The position numbers were made by a program, and so were the translations under genes. A model generated the notes under the pieces. That model made no database searches and was not told where the DNA came from. It was given only the letters and a program-made list of their open reading frames with translations. Shown here in pieces: positions 12,261-24,867 of a DNA stretch of 64,000 nucleotides. Within the stretch, counting starts at the first letter, position 1. Each line of letters opens with the position of its first letter. Origin of the DNA: Antechinus flavipes (taxonomy: Eukaryota); assembly GCF_016432865.1 (NCBI RefSeq), contig NC_067403.1:248310001-248374000 (forward strand), given 5' to 3'.

Positions 12261-13265
12261 ATTTTTAGTGAATCATTTACTTCAGGTAGCTTTTTTACAT
12301 CTCCTTTTGCATTCAGCCAATTAAACTTTGTTCAATTCAACTTTGAGTTCAACTGTTTAAAGTTCAAAGTTCAATTGAACTTTGTTCATTTCAAAACTGA
12401 ATGTTTTGTTCATTGCATTTTTCCAATTCCAAATTCTGTTTTTCACCAAATTGTTTTCTTTTGCATGTTTGTTGTAAGGAATTATATGTTTTTTCCATGT
12501 CATCAAATTTATTTTTAAAGGAGTTTTCTTCTGTTTTTCCTTTTTCATACCCTCTTAAAAAGATGTCATTTCCTTTTTGAAATTCTTCCAAGAGATCTTT
12601 GTGAAAGGGGGACCAACTCATATCACCTTTTGTGGCTTCATCTGGAGCTGATTTGTCTTTAGGCTCCTCAAGGTTTGAAATCTATCCTTCTCTTTATCTA
12701 TAAAAGCTATCTATAGTCTGAGTTATTTTTGGCTTTTTGCTCATTTTATTTAAGGGTTGAGGTCTTCCCTTAAGGCAAAGAGACAACAATACTTTAGTTT
12801 GCCTTGGGGCCGGTGTTGCTTACTTCTGGTGCTGGATAGACCTGGCCAGGTCCCATTTTTCTGGGGTTCAGTGGCTCACAATTTGCTTTTTTGTATTTGC
12901 TTTGGGTGTCTCACAGCAAATCTGCTGATCCATTCGCTTGTAATCTGGACAAAGTAGCTTAAAAGCCTACTCATAGATTCCCTGCTGTACAGACACCACA
13001 ACACCCTGGCTTCCTGCCCCAACTTCTTGCCCCAAACACCCTGGACTGTGGTCCGGACTTGCAGCATCTCCTCCTTCCTGATTCAAACAGATCTTTTCTG
13101 AAGTTCTTCCAAAGTATCTTCTTGAAATTTATTGTACTCCAAATATTTGTGGGTTCTGTCACTCCAAAACTAGTTCTAGGGCTTAATCTGCTGTAGATCT
13201 GATGGAAGCTTAGAGGAGCTCAGATAGAAATGTGTCTACTCTCTGCCATCTTGGTTCTGCCCCCT

Positions 13266-15075
13266 TATTTTTCAAAATACATGCAAGGCTGATGCTGAGT
13301 GAAATGAGCAGAACCAGGAGATCATTATATACCTCAACAACGACACTGTTTGAGGATGTATTCTGATGGAAGTGGATCTCTTCGATAAAGAGAGCCTTAA
13401 TTGATCAAAGATGGACAGAAGCAGCTACACCCAGAGAAAGAACACTGGGAAATGAATATAAACTGCTTGCATTTTTGTTTTTCTTCCTGGGTTATTTATA
13501 CCTTCTGAATTCAATTCTCCCTGTACAACAAGAAAGCTGTCCGGTTCTGCGCAAATATATTGTATCCAGGATATACTGTAACCTATTCAACATGTAAAGG
13601 ACTGCTTGCCATCAGGGGGAGAGGGTGGAGGGAGGGAGGGGAAAAATCAGAACAGAAGTGAGTGCAAGGGATAATGCTGTAAAAAATTACCCTGGCATGC
13701 GTTCTATCAATAAAAAGATATTAAATTTTTTTAAAAAATACATGCTGAAAACCTTTCAGCATTCACCTTTGCACTTTTTTTCTGTCTCACAATCTACCTC
13801 TTCCCTCTCCTAGACAGCAATTAATTAAATATAGGTTAAATATTTGCAATACTTCTATGTATATTCCACTTATTATGGTGCTCTAGAAAAATTAGATCAA
13901 AAGGAGAAAATGAGAAAGAAAAAACAAGCAAACAACAAGAAAGATAAAAATATTTTATTGCAGTCTACATTCAGTCCTCACAATTCCCTCTTTGGATGCA
14001 TATGGCTTTCTTCATCATAAGTCTATTGAAATTGGCCTGAATCATCTCACTGTTAAAAAGAACCAAGTTCATCACATTAGCTTGTTGTTGATATGTACAA
14101 TGTTCTCTTGGTTATATTTACTTTACTTAGTAGCAGTTCATGTAAGATTCTCCAGGCCTTTCTGAAATCAACCTGCTGATTTTTACTTATTAAACAATAA
14201 TATTTCATTACACTCACATAACCATAATTTATTCAGCCACTCCCCAATTGATGGGCATCCATTCAATTTCCAGTTCCTTGCCACTACAAAAGGACTGCCA
14301 CAAACATTTTTGCATATGTGGGTTTTTTCCATTTTTAATGAGATCTTTGAAGTACAGATCCAGTAGATACACTGCTGAATCAAAAAGTATGCACAATTTG
14401 ATAGCCCTTTGGGTATAGTTCCAAATAGTTCTCCATGATGGTAGATCAATTCATAAGTCCATCAACAATATATCAGTGTCCCAGTTTTCCCACACTCCCT
14501 CCAAGATTTATCATTATCTTTTCCTATCATATTAAGCAATCTGAGAAGTATAAAGTGGTACTTCAGAGATGTCTTAATTTGCATTTCTCTAAAAAATAAT
14601 GATTTAGAGCATTTTTTTTCTATGACCACAAATGGCTTTAATTTCTCCAATTGAAAAGTGTCTGTTCATATCCTTTGACCACTTATCAATTGGGGAATGG
14701 CTCATAGCCTTATAAATTTGAGCCAATTTGATATTTTAGAAGTGAGGCCTTAGCAGAAATGCTGGATATTTTAAAAATTCAGTTTTTCTTCCCTTCTAAT
14801 TTTGCTTGATTGTTTTTGTTTTTATGAAACCTTTTTAATTTAATCAAAATTATCCATTTTGCATTTTATAATGTTCTCTAGTCCTTCATTGGCCACAAAT
14901 TCCTTCCTTCTCCACAAATCTGAGAGGTAGATTATCCCTGGTATTTCTAATTTGCTTATGGTATCACCCCTCATATCTAAATCATGAACCCATTTTGATT
15001 TTATCTTGGCATAAGATTTTAGGTGTTGCACAATGCTTAGTTTATGCCATACAATTTTCCAATTTTTCCAGCAAT
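13266..15075 (-). mobile_element. Older 5'-truncated L1 (ORF2 C-terminus + 3'UTR), split by the L1 at 13285-13734
   Basis: ORF2 remnants at 14183-14449, 14462-14650 and 14840-15031 (KIKSKWVHDL, GCPSIGEWLNKLW). Confidence 0.88.
13285..13734 (+). mobile_element. Young L1 3'UTR fragment with 11-bp TSD
   Basis: G-rich tract, AATAAA and A-rich tail; TSD aaaatacatgc at 13274-13284 and 13735-13745. Confidence 0.92.
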
Positions 15076-15077
15076 TT

Positions 15078-15990
15078 AAGTCATTGGCTTGTTTCTTCTG
15101 AAAAGTGAGTTCAGCATTACTATCTCTGTTTCTGCTATCAGGGATAGGTCCATTTCATCTCCATCTCCAGTTCCCCTCAAGGACTCTGAAAAGTGCTACC
15201 TCAACAAAAATGAGCTTAGTGAGTATTAGAAACTATAGACTCCTCCCATGAGCAATGAAAGCCTTTGGAGCCTGAGACAGGTGATGCAGACTCTTAGGAT
15301 CACTTTGAACATTCCAAACTATCCCTCATTTCTGATACACTCAAGCACTTTGCATACTATAGGGAATGACCTGCCCATCTTTTCTGAACTAAGGTAGGAA
15401 TCTTTGTTCTCAGAGGAAAATGACTATGCTGATGATCCCATCATCACTTTGCAGTCTGGCTTTAAACCCACCAAGATCAAGAATCTTGCCATTCCCCAAG
15501 GCCTCTCTTTCACTAGGGGTAAGGGGTAGAATAATCCAGGCATCAGAGTCCCCTTCTATTCTTTTCCAGCCTTCCTGAGAGTGGTAGAGAGGCTCTTGTG
15601 TTTACACTCAGAGAAGTTGCCAGAAATCTGATTTGGGACCAGAAAACCCATTGGAGGGAAACTGACAACAGTTAGAACCCAGGTCATCATTAAGAGCTTA
15701 CCCTGATGAAGAAGAAAAGAGTGTGTGCACAAGGGGTGCACAATATATAGATATTGGTATAATGGAAGAGTATCAGGTGAACAGAGGTCAATAAGAGAAA
15801 GGAACTCATTTCCAACACTATGAATGTACTGGGGTAGACCTGGTTGCCACCTTTACAGTTTTTTGTGACTACACTGGGCACCAACTTATGGTTGTACCAC
15901 AACTCACCCTGGTTCAATATGTACTCCTGTTGTTTGGTTTGGGGTTTTCCTTTTTACTCTTTATACTAATCCCTCTGATTCTTGATAGAA
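15078..15990. other. Unidentified GC-richer element, copy A (possible retrocopy or unclassified repeat)
   Basis: Aligns by eye with 29345-30400, with a ~165-bp internal deletion at ~15240. Confidence 0.6.
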
Positions 15991-16256
15991 TTGTATTTTG
16001 GATTTTTACATGAGAGAAGTTTATATACCTATCTATATCTATATATACCTATCTACCTACATACAAATATGCAAATATAAATTCACTCACATATATAAAG
16101 ACAGACAGACCTATAAACAAGTCAGCTACAAAAATGAAAAATAAAATATTTGGACTACATTTTTCTATGCATAAGAAAAGTTACCAATTTCTGGACTGCA
16201 TCTCAGAGTGAAGATGGTACAGATTGGATTTTCTCTCTAAGAAAAAATTGATTTGA

Positions 16257-17189
16257 TTAATGTTGTCTCCTCATAGCTTTCCTGAAAGTGTTCTTGACAT
16301 CTTTGTTCCTCAGACTATAGACCAGAGGGTTCAGCATAGGAATGACCATGGTGTAGAATATGGATACCACTTTGTTCGAATCCATTGAATGACTTGAACT
16401 AGGTTGGAAGTAAATGAAGACAGCTGTCCCATAAAATATAGATACTGCTGTGAGATGGGAAGCACAAGTGGAAAAAGCTTTCTGGCGGCCCTCAGTAGAA
16501 CGTATCTTCAGAATGGTGATGAAGATTAACAAATAAGAAGAAAAGATGACCATAAATGGGAAAAATGCATTGAATGATGTTAAGATAAAGACTAGTAACT
16601 CAGTGATATGAATATCAGAGCAAGAGAGAACAAGGAGAGGGGGGATATCACAGAAAACATGATTCACTATGTTTGACTTACAAAAGGAAAGGCTAAATAT
16701 ATTTCCTGTGACTATGGAGGAGGTCAGAAATCCACAGATGTGAGCACCAGAGACCAGAGATGCACATACAGTTGAAGTCATGGTGGTGGTGTAATGTAGG
16801 GGCTTACACACAGCTGCATGGCGATCATAGGCCATGGAGGCTAAGAGGAAACTTTCAATAATAACAAATGCTGCAAAGAAGAACAACTGTGTGGCACATC
16901 CATTATAAGAGATAACCTTGTCCCCTCTTAGGAGCCCAGCCATCACCTTAGGAGTCACAGATGAAGACAAGCTAAAATCCACCAAAGAGAGGTTACTAAG
17001 GAAAAAGTACATGGGTGTGTGGAGGTGGGAATCCCAGGAGATCAAAGATACTATTCCTAGGTTCCCTATTAGGGTGATGAGGTAGATGAGGGTGAACATG
17101 ATGAAGAGAGGAACCTTAAGTTCTGGATCATCTGTTATTCCTTTAAGGATGAACTCATTCACTTCAGATCTGTTCTCCATAGAAGTCAT
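16257..17189 (-). CDS. Olfactory receptor, class II, OR5B-like (OR-2)
   Basis: 310 aa intact ORF with all OR motifs; acceptor at 17210-17211. Confidence 0.97.
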   Translation of the reverse strand: MTSMENRSEVNEFILKGITDDPELKVPLFIMFTLIYLITLIGNLGIVSLISWDSHLHTPMYFFLSNLSLVDFSLSSSVTPKVMAGLLRGDKVISYNGCATQLFFFAAFVIIESFLLASMAYDRHAAVCKPLHYTTTMTSTVCASLVSGAHICGFLTSSIVTGNIFSLSFCKSNIVNHVFCDIPPLLVLSCSDIHITELLVFILTSFNAFFPFMVIFSSYLLIFITILKIRSTEGRQKAFSTCASHLTAVSIFYGTAVFIYFQPSSSHSMDSNKVVSIFYTMVIPMLNPLVYSLRNKDVKNTFRKAMRRQH

Positions 17190-20100
17190 TTGGTAGGGAT
17201 GTCATTCACCTGCAACAAAAGTGCAGAAAAATCCACTTCAAAACATAAAAGTGATCAGATATCTATTTTATGTGAGGGCTAGAATAAGCAATCAAGAAAC
17301 CAATAACATGTAGGTAGTTGTTGCAGTTTCTCTAAATCCTCAAAATTCACTCATCCATTTTCTCATTACATCCCTTATATATTACTTCTTACTTTTAAAA
17401 TTCTAACCCAAATTTAGCCATCTCCAAAGCAATATTTCCCACTTCCTGAAATGGAAGTGCCTTTGTCTTTGACAAACTTAGCATTAGAAGAGGTATTGTT
17501 TTAGGTGAGGGTTAGAGAACTAGATCTTTTAATATGAATATGCTTCACTCTGATGAAAAGGAAAAAAGAAAAATAAAGGAAAAGTGGAAGGAATCAAGAG
17601 AAAAGTTAAAAAACCGAGAGAAGGTTTGAGAGGGTTAAAGTGTTAGCCAACAGTTTTCTGGGAATCCTACTTAGGACTCACTGTGGATTTGAACTTTATT
17701 CAATGGACTGAAGTCAGCAGTTCCTGAGTAGGAATAGTTGTCGATTGACCCCAGTGATACAGTTGTGGGAATTCTTTGTCCAAAAGATCACTGCTAGACC
17801 ACGTAACAATATATGTAGGTTTTTTTTTTCCTTTTTTTCCTTCACACAACCTGTCCCTTTTTCAATTCACCCACTGCTACTATGGAAACAGAAGTCAGTC
17901 ACAAACAGAGATATTTTGTCATTCCTTTTAATATATTTTTGGGTACCTTATAAATCTCCAATTTTGGAGTCTGCCTCTTTCAAGTATGAACTAAAATTTC
18001 ACCTAATGAAGTCTTAATCCAGTGACCTCAATTTCAGTGCCTTCCCTATTTTGATTATCCCTAATTTATCCTGGCTATTGCTTGTTTGTAAATTAATATT
18101 TGCTTGTTGTTTGTAGAGATTATGGGACTCCTTGTCAGCAGGGACTGTATTTTACCTTTCCTTGTATTCTCAATGCCTATTATGGTGCTGAACCTATAGT
18201 AGGACATATTGACTCAGAGATTGATTGGTGGTAACAATCAATGCCTGAACTAAACAAAGGTGGCCTTTAGGCTTCAGACAATGCTATTTTACAAACCCAA
18301 CCATCACAGCTTGGAAAGATCTTCCCAATTATGCATCACTTCTTTATTAAATGAGTAATTATTTTCATCTTTACCATTATGAGTTATTTCAAGTTTTTAT
18401 AGAAGATATAAGTAGGCTGCCACATGGTATGACAGGTTGTATCTTTAAATATTTATGTATAGTAAACAGAAGCAGAGAATCTGAAGTCAGCATGGTTCCT
18501 AAGAGGTTAGCTACTTCAACCAAATCTGATCAGGAATCACTTTTATCAAAATCTGCCAAAATTAATGAAAGATTGGAAAAGGAGAAGAGCTAGGTACGGA
18601 GAAAGAATGAAAGAGATGAGTTATAAAGCATGTACATGTGAGGGTCCTCAAGGAATTATGCCTCTTATGCAAGATGAATTAGAATCTCTAATACATGAAA
18701 ACAAATCTGGCAGCCAAGGTACCATTGAGACTTAGCAGATGGGACTTGAAACTAAGGATGTGGTTCAGTGTAAGTTTTTGGTTTATTTAAATGAAATAGA
18801 ATAGTTTACTGTAATATTTTTAAACTGAGAAAATACACTGATATAAATCATTCAGAAATCTCAGTGGGAACACATAGTGGAAAGCATTTATACTATTGTC
18901 AGTATATTACTGATGGGAGATTTAAATTATCTAGGTATTTGCCAAAATGTTTTCTCTTATGCTGTATTTTTAATTTGATTTCTCAATGCTGTTTTCTGCT
19001 TCTCTCTATACGTCTCTGCATATTTGTTTCTGTCTGTATTTCCCTGTCTTTAATTTTCCCCTTTTCTTTTGTAATTTTGCTTCTCCTTTTGTATCTCTTT
19101 ATGTATGCACATCTGTTTGTCTATCTACCTATCATCTTTCAATATATCTCTGCATCTATCTCTATTTTTTCAAAGAACAGGTAGTGATTATTTGATGAAA
19201 ATGTTATTTTTATCCATTAAGAGTTCAAAATGAGAAAATAAATCTGAAAAAAATTTATCCTACATGTAATTCTCATAAAACATGTGAAATTATTAATCAG
19301 AAATGAAATTAGGATATTACAAGGACAAGGGGAAAGTAATTAAATCTTCCTAAACTTTGAGATAAAGAAATGAAAACTAGAAATTGTCAGCAATGTACAT
19401 TTTCCTTGGGCATTTCAATTCTAGGCATTTTAGAAGAAGGATAAATTAGGATCCAATGGATTAATTCTAGAGACTTGTCCAAACTTGAAGGGATAGAGAG
19501 ATCTCAGTAAAGTAATTTTGAAAATATAATGAAAAATTGACAATTAGGTTAAGTTAAATATGAAAAAAATCACAGAAAAGAAATAAAGTAAAGGTAACCA
19601 AAGATGAATTCAAAAGCAGATTCTACCTTATAGTTATAGCCAGAGTAGTACTAGGACTCAGACTACACTGAGGAAAGCCAAGAAAGCTAAAGAATTCAAA
19701 AAGGTTGGTGTTTTTATTAAAAACTGTTTTACTTTGGAAAACAAAGATTAGTCATATAAAGAACTGGATTACTTCTGAAGGCTGAAGAGACAAGTACAAT
19801 AAATGACAAGCAAATGTAGATTGACTCAATTTGGATTTTCTATTTTCTTGGACAAAGAGAATGATTTTTGGATTTAGCAAAACAGAAAAAGTAAGAGTTT
19901 ACACCAAAGAAAATGAGAACAAGAACCTATATCTGTGGAGAGAAGGGAAAACCATTTATATAGTTTCCATTATGTTCCAAGCAATATACTACACTTCATA
20001 AATAATTTCTTATTTGAAGAATATATAGATATAGGAACATAAATATTATCATAATAACCATATAATACAATTGCTTTTATTATTTATATTTTCAAATTGA

Positions 20101-20795
20101 GGAAACTGAGATAACCAGAGGTTGAATAACTTGCTGAGGATCATACCTTAAATGTCCACAACTGGATTTAAACTCAGATCTTCCTGAGTTCAATCCCAAG
20201 GATCTATCCATTCTACTACAGCTGCTTCTTTAAAATTTGCAAATTTCTTTAAATACAGTAAATGATTTGATTCCCACAACAACTTTGTGACATACAAACA
20301 AGAACACCAATTTTACCTTACACTGTAGGTAGAGACAGACTCCCCAGGCATGCAGAGGTGGTCCTCTCTATTTTACATTTGAAGCACTGTGTTTAATTGT
20401 GGATTCCTCATCTTAGGAAGGATATTAATATGTTCAAGATTTTTTAGAGGAGTTCAGGCCAAGATGGAGGAAGGCATTGAAATGTTGCCATAGTGGGGAT
20501 GATGGAAGGAACTGAGGATGTTTGGTGTAGAGAAGGTAAAAGATGGGATTCAGGGCAGGGATTGGGAATGAACTTATTTTCAAATGCCTCAAGGACTGAC
20601 ATAAAGAGGAAAGATTTGGTATCAGAAGGAAGAACCAGAAGGAAAGGATGGAGGTTAAGGAGAAACAAATTTAAGTTTGACTTAAGAAAAATATTCCCCA
20701 AATGTTGACATTCAGAAATAGAAGGTGCTGCCTTAACTGGATTTCTCCAAACTTAAAATCTTGAGGAAAGAGTTAATTGATCTTTTGTTTAATAT

Positions 20796-20806
20796 CATAC
20801 ACATAC

Positions 20807-20842
<36 letters not shown>
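20796..20842. repeat. (CA)n/(CATA)n microsatellite
   Basis: Direct reading. Confidence 0.9.
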
Positions 20843-20845
<3 letters not shown>

Positions 20846-23136
20846 AGAGTGTTGTAGAAAGAAAGTGAAAAGTTTATTTCTCATTTCACAGGAAAATTTT
20901 ATTCCTATCACTACTTAATATCCCTGTTACCATAGATAAGCCACCTCTCCTCAGAGACTCTGTTCAGTCATAAGTCAAAAAATGATAAAAATAATGGCAC
21001 CTTCATCATAGGACTGTTCTACATATAGAAGGAGGCGATTCTGTTAAATGCTTCGAAAACTTTGAAGTTTTCTTAAAGCATTATGTACTGTTATTTAATT
21101 AACAAAAGTGTTCATCTATCATCTTACTATTCACAAATACTTTCAGGTATTGGAGTTCTAACACATCATGAACTTAAACTTGGTCACTGATAAAGAAAAG
21201 TTTTTGGACTCTGTTTTATAAAGTTCTTTCCATTTCTGAATTAATGATCCTGTTGAACTTTTAACATGTATTAGTTTTTAAAATATCCATTATTCTTCAT
21301 AGCATTACATTGAAAGAACTTTTTTTTCTAATGTAGTTAATGTGAGACTGATAGCTAAGGACAAAATAAATGAATAAAAGTTTATTACATAGACTCTTAG
21401 AGAAATATAAAATAATCTATTTTTGTAAATATTAAGAAAAAAGTATTTTGTATTTATACAATAGGACTACAATAAGTAGAAAACAACCAATCCAGAATCA
21501 AGATTTTGGTTATATTCTCACATTCATCAGAGTGTGCCATTTTTGTAACTGATAACTATTACATGAAATATATATGTAGATATAATCTAGGATGGTTCTT
21601 TTCACTGATATACTCAAGGTTTGGTCCCATTGAGTTCCCGTGCTTAGCGAGAACCCTTTTTGGTTGGCAGGTTTCAAAATGTGATTTGTTTCCTATTCAA
21701 AAAATTCCCAGTTATTAGTAAATAGCATTCTCTTAGAAAGATTTTTAATTAGGAGTCTGAACACTTTGCTTCTAATGTTATTTGGGCATTTATTTATTTA
21801 TTTATTTTTGCTATTCCATGGAAGTTAGTTGATCTTGCTGTACCTCTGGTCATTTGAAAAATGGAAATAATATTTCTTTATATTTTTCTCACAGTGTTTG
21901 AGAGACAATTATTGTTCAAGACTCAAATGCTACAGATCTGAGAGTTTCCAGGATCAGCTTATTGGGCTTGTACATGACAATGAATGAGCAGATGCTCTGA
22001 GAGACACAAATATGTAGATAAACAAGGAGAGAGATGCTCCCACATAGCAAAGTACTAGCATGATAATATGGCATAAAGCAGAGAATTGATTTTTGAAACA
22101 AGAAGATGTGCATTTAAATTCCATCTCAGACTTGTTTATTTCTAGACAAATCACTTAAGTCAATCAGCTTCAGTGTAAAAGGAGGAAAAACTTCACAGTA
22201 ATAATACATATTTCAAATAATTGGAGAAAAGATTTTAAAAAAATAAAGAAATGTCTAATATCATATAAATATAAGCCATAATCATTCAGGACAAAGACTC
22301 TATTTCTCCTAAATGTTCTTATTCAACTCCTCCCTATAGCTTTTAATACAGTTTTTTAAACACAGTGTAATAATCAACATTATTAAATTATGTACTCATT
22401 TGGTTTATACAGTCACCTATCCTTTAAATGTATTCTTTGATTACTGAAGAATGAGGAGCTTGAAAAGCTGTAAGCAGTGGGTGAATATCTGAGCAGTTTG
22501 TATTCAAGATCTCATTTGAGTTCTAAGACAATCCAGTGAAATAAGTTTTGCAAGTATAATTATGCATAGTTTATGAATAAGGAAATTGAATCTAATGGAC
22601 TTACCCCTGAGGAAAATGAGTCGATGTCCGAGATAGAGGAGAGTTTTATACTGGTCTTCCTGCCTCCATGTCCAATAGTGTTTCTATTATACTATCTTGG
22701 TATCTATGTAAGCCCTACAGTCTTGAATTGGATATCCTCAAACATAGCTGTCTTAATATAGAGAAAATGACCAAGACCCCCAAAAGGAGAGAGAGACAAA
22801 AACTTTATACTCAAGTTTTGACTTTGAAATTGCAAACTAAGAAATATATAATTGTATTGGGAAAACCCTTCACTAATCTCTGGGTAAAAGAGTTCAAAAG
22901 TATCTAATGATAGAGTGGTCACTCCTGGCCATTGCTATGGAATTGATGGCATTAGAATTATCAATACTTCTACCCTCTATTCAGGTAAACCTCAGGAAAC
23001 AACAGAAACTAGATGATTTAGTGAATGACTCAAAAAATTCAGTTCACACTACAAGTTCAGCACTTAGCCCTTTAGTGAAATGTTTCAGAGTCAGTGGCTA
23101 AATCCAGGACTTTATGCAAAGCTGCCATCCCTGAGG

Positions 23137-23204
23137 CTCTTGGAAGATTGTGCTCCCTTGGAGGTTCTGTAGCTCTGCTGCCAACTCCTGAACAAAACAA
23201 TTAA
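23137..23204 (-). promoter_or_regulatory. Putative OR-2 promoter cassette
   Basis: ctcttggaag (23137), ctcccttggagg (23153), tgccaa, caattaa (23198). Confidence 0.6.
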
Positions 23205-23897
23205 ATTCTGCTTTGACTATGGAAAAAAAACATTTTTTTCATGGAACTTTGCCATCCTAACTTGTTATTAGAAAAGTGAGGTATAATGGGAACTGTGAAT
23301 GACTTTTATTCCTGTTTCTACCATCTTTTAGCTGGGTGACATGGGACAAGTCGCTAAACAACTCTAATTCTCAATTTATTTTACTTCTTTGAAATAGGTG
23401 TAATGGTGCAGATGACTAGTGCAGTGGAAAAACAGTGGCCGCAGAATAAGGAACATCTAAATTCAAATTTGATTTCAACTACTTTACACTTATTTGCTAT
23501 GTGGTCCCGGGTAACTTATTATACTGTTTGTCTCACCAAAAAGACCCAAAATCTTTGTAGTAGCCACACTGCTGAGTTCAAATCCCTTGGTAGACACTAG
23601 CTACGAATCACTGAACCTCTGTTTGTTTCAGTTTTTCCTCAATGATACAATGAGGATAATAATAACATCTGCTCTCAGGGTGGTTGTGTAGATCAAATGT
23701 GATAGTATTTGAAAAGGATTTAGTTTTATATCTGTCATTTGAGGGTGCTGTATAATTGGTTGGTACCATTACCATCATTATCATCACCATCCTAGTACTC
23801 ATATGCTGTCTACATCTTCACAAAAGCTCTATTCAATGCCCGACTGGTGTTATTAACCCAGTCATCTAGAAATTGTCAAATTGAAGAACAATAGCAT

Positions 23898-24311
23898 TGT
23901 AAAGGATCACTGAGAGTGGGGGAACTTTCAGTGAGATATAAGACCCTTCAGCTGACAATGTTCGATTCAGATCTCATCTCACTGTGGGGGCTTCTCGGCT
24001 TTCCTGAGAATTCAGAGATTCTTGCAGTAAAGAGGCATTTACATATTAACAGCAGCATGCTCAGTGTGTTGTGGTGATGTAATTTTACTATAGTTGGCAC
24101 ATGCTCAGTGCTGTGGTGATGTAATTTTACTATAGTTGGCACATGCTCAGTATGCTGTGGTGATGTAATTGTACTAAGGTATTTAAGGCTGAAAGAACTT
24201 GAAATAAATGGATTCCATATTTGAACATGCATGTGGGTCCCTGCCTCATCACTCCTCCTCTAAGATCAAGAACTTGGGATATTTCCAAGATCCTCCAGAG
24301 AGCTAGTCTGG
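23898..24311 (+). mobile_element. ERV2-like 5' LTR followed by PBS and leader (to ~24503)
   Basis: TGTAAAG start, TATTTAA then AATAAA, U5 ctccagagagctagtctgg homologous to the LTR at 55859-56265. Confidence 0.82.
24057..24175 (+). repeat. ~42-44 bp tandem repeat, ~3 copies, in LTR U3
   Basis: catgctcagt(g/atg)ctgtggtgatgtaattttactatagttggca units. Confidence 0.9.
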
Positions 24312-24312
24312 C

Positions 24313-24330
24313 TGGTAACCAACATGGGGG
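24313..24330 (+). promoter_or_regulatory. Degenerate primer-binding site, tRNA-Lys1,2 type
   Basis: TGGTAACCAACATGGGGG vs TGGCGCCCAACGTGGGGC (14/18; three of the four changes are CpG-type), directly after the LTR. Confidence 0.7.
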
Positions 24331-24867
24331 TTTAGAGAGCATGCTACAAACATCTGTAGAGGATGAGTTTAAAAGGGGAAAACTCCAGGCTTAATATTGC
24401 AATGAGAGTTAAGGGAAGATTTGCCTCTAACGAACACTTGTAAGAGTCCATGATAGTTTAAAGAAGGCTTTTAATGAGAATGATCTGTGAACCCCCTTTC
24501 CAAATCTTCTGATCATTTGCTTTCAACAATACAAAGTTTCATATCATCTATATAACATAACATTACTAGATTTCATAGCTGATTATTTACATGGTAACAG
24601 AAGGGAATAAGGGAACTACTCTGGGATAATAGAATTAAATGGAAGGAATGTATTTGCATATGGTAATCCACTGAAAATCACTTTGCATCCAAATATAGAA
24701 CCTTTATAATATTTTGGAAATGATTTCAGGAGTTGATGATTGAAAGAATCTCTAACATTTATCAAAAACAGTCTAAGAGCTGGATGTAAAATTTGCATAC
24801 ATCCCCAAATCATTGTTCCATTATCTTGAAAGTTTCAAATTACTGCAGAGAGCAGCCTAAAATTATT

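Larger units (their letters stand above)
10900..13265 (-). mobile_element. Old, internally deleted L1 (5'UTR, ORF1 pieces, ORF2 linker piece) interrupted by two LTRs
   Basis: 5' terminus GGGGGCAGAACCAAGATGGC at 13265; ORF1 DLENRSKRHNLRIIGL (11244-11495); ORF2 PRLTEEEINYL...EIEQAVSQLP (10875-11111). Confidence 0.88.

Noticed and set aside
24057-24175. Repeat array resembling CRISPR
   Set aside because: Head-to-tail units with no unique spacers, inside an LTR in mammalian DNA; no cas genes.
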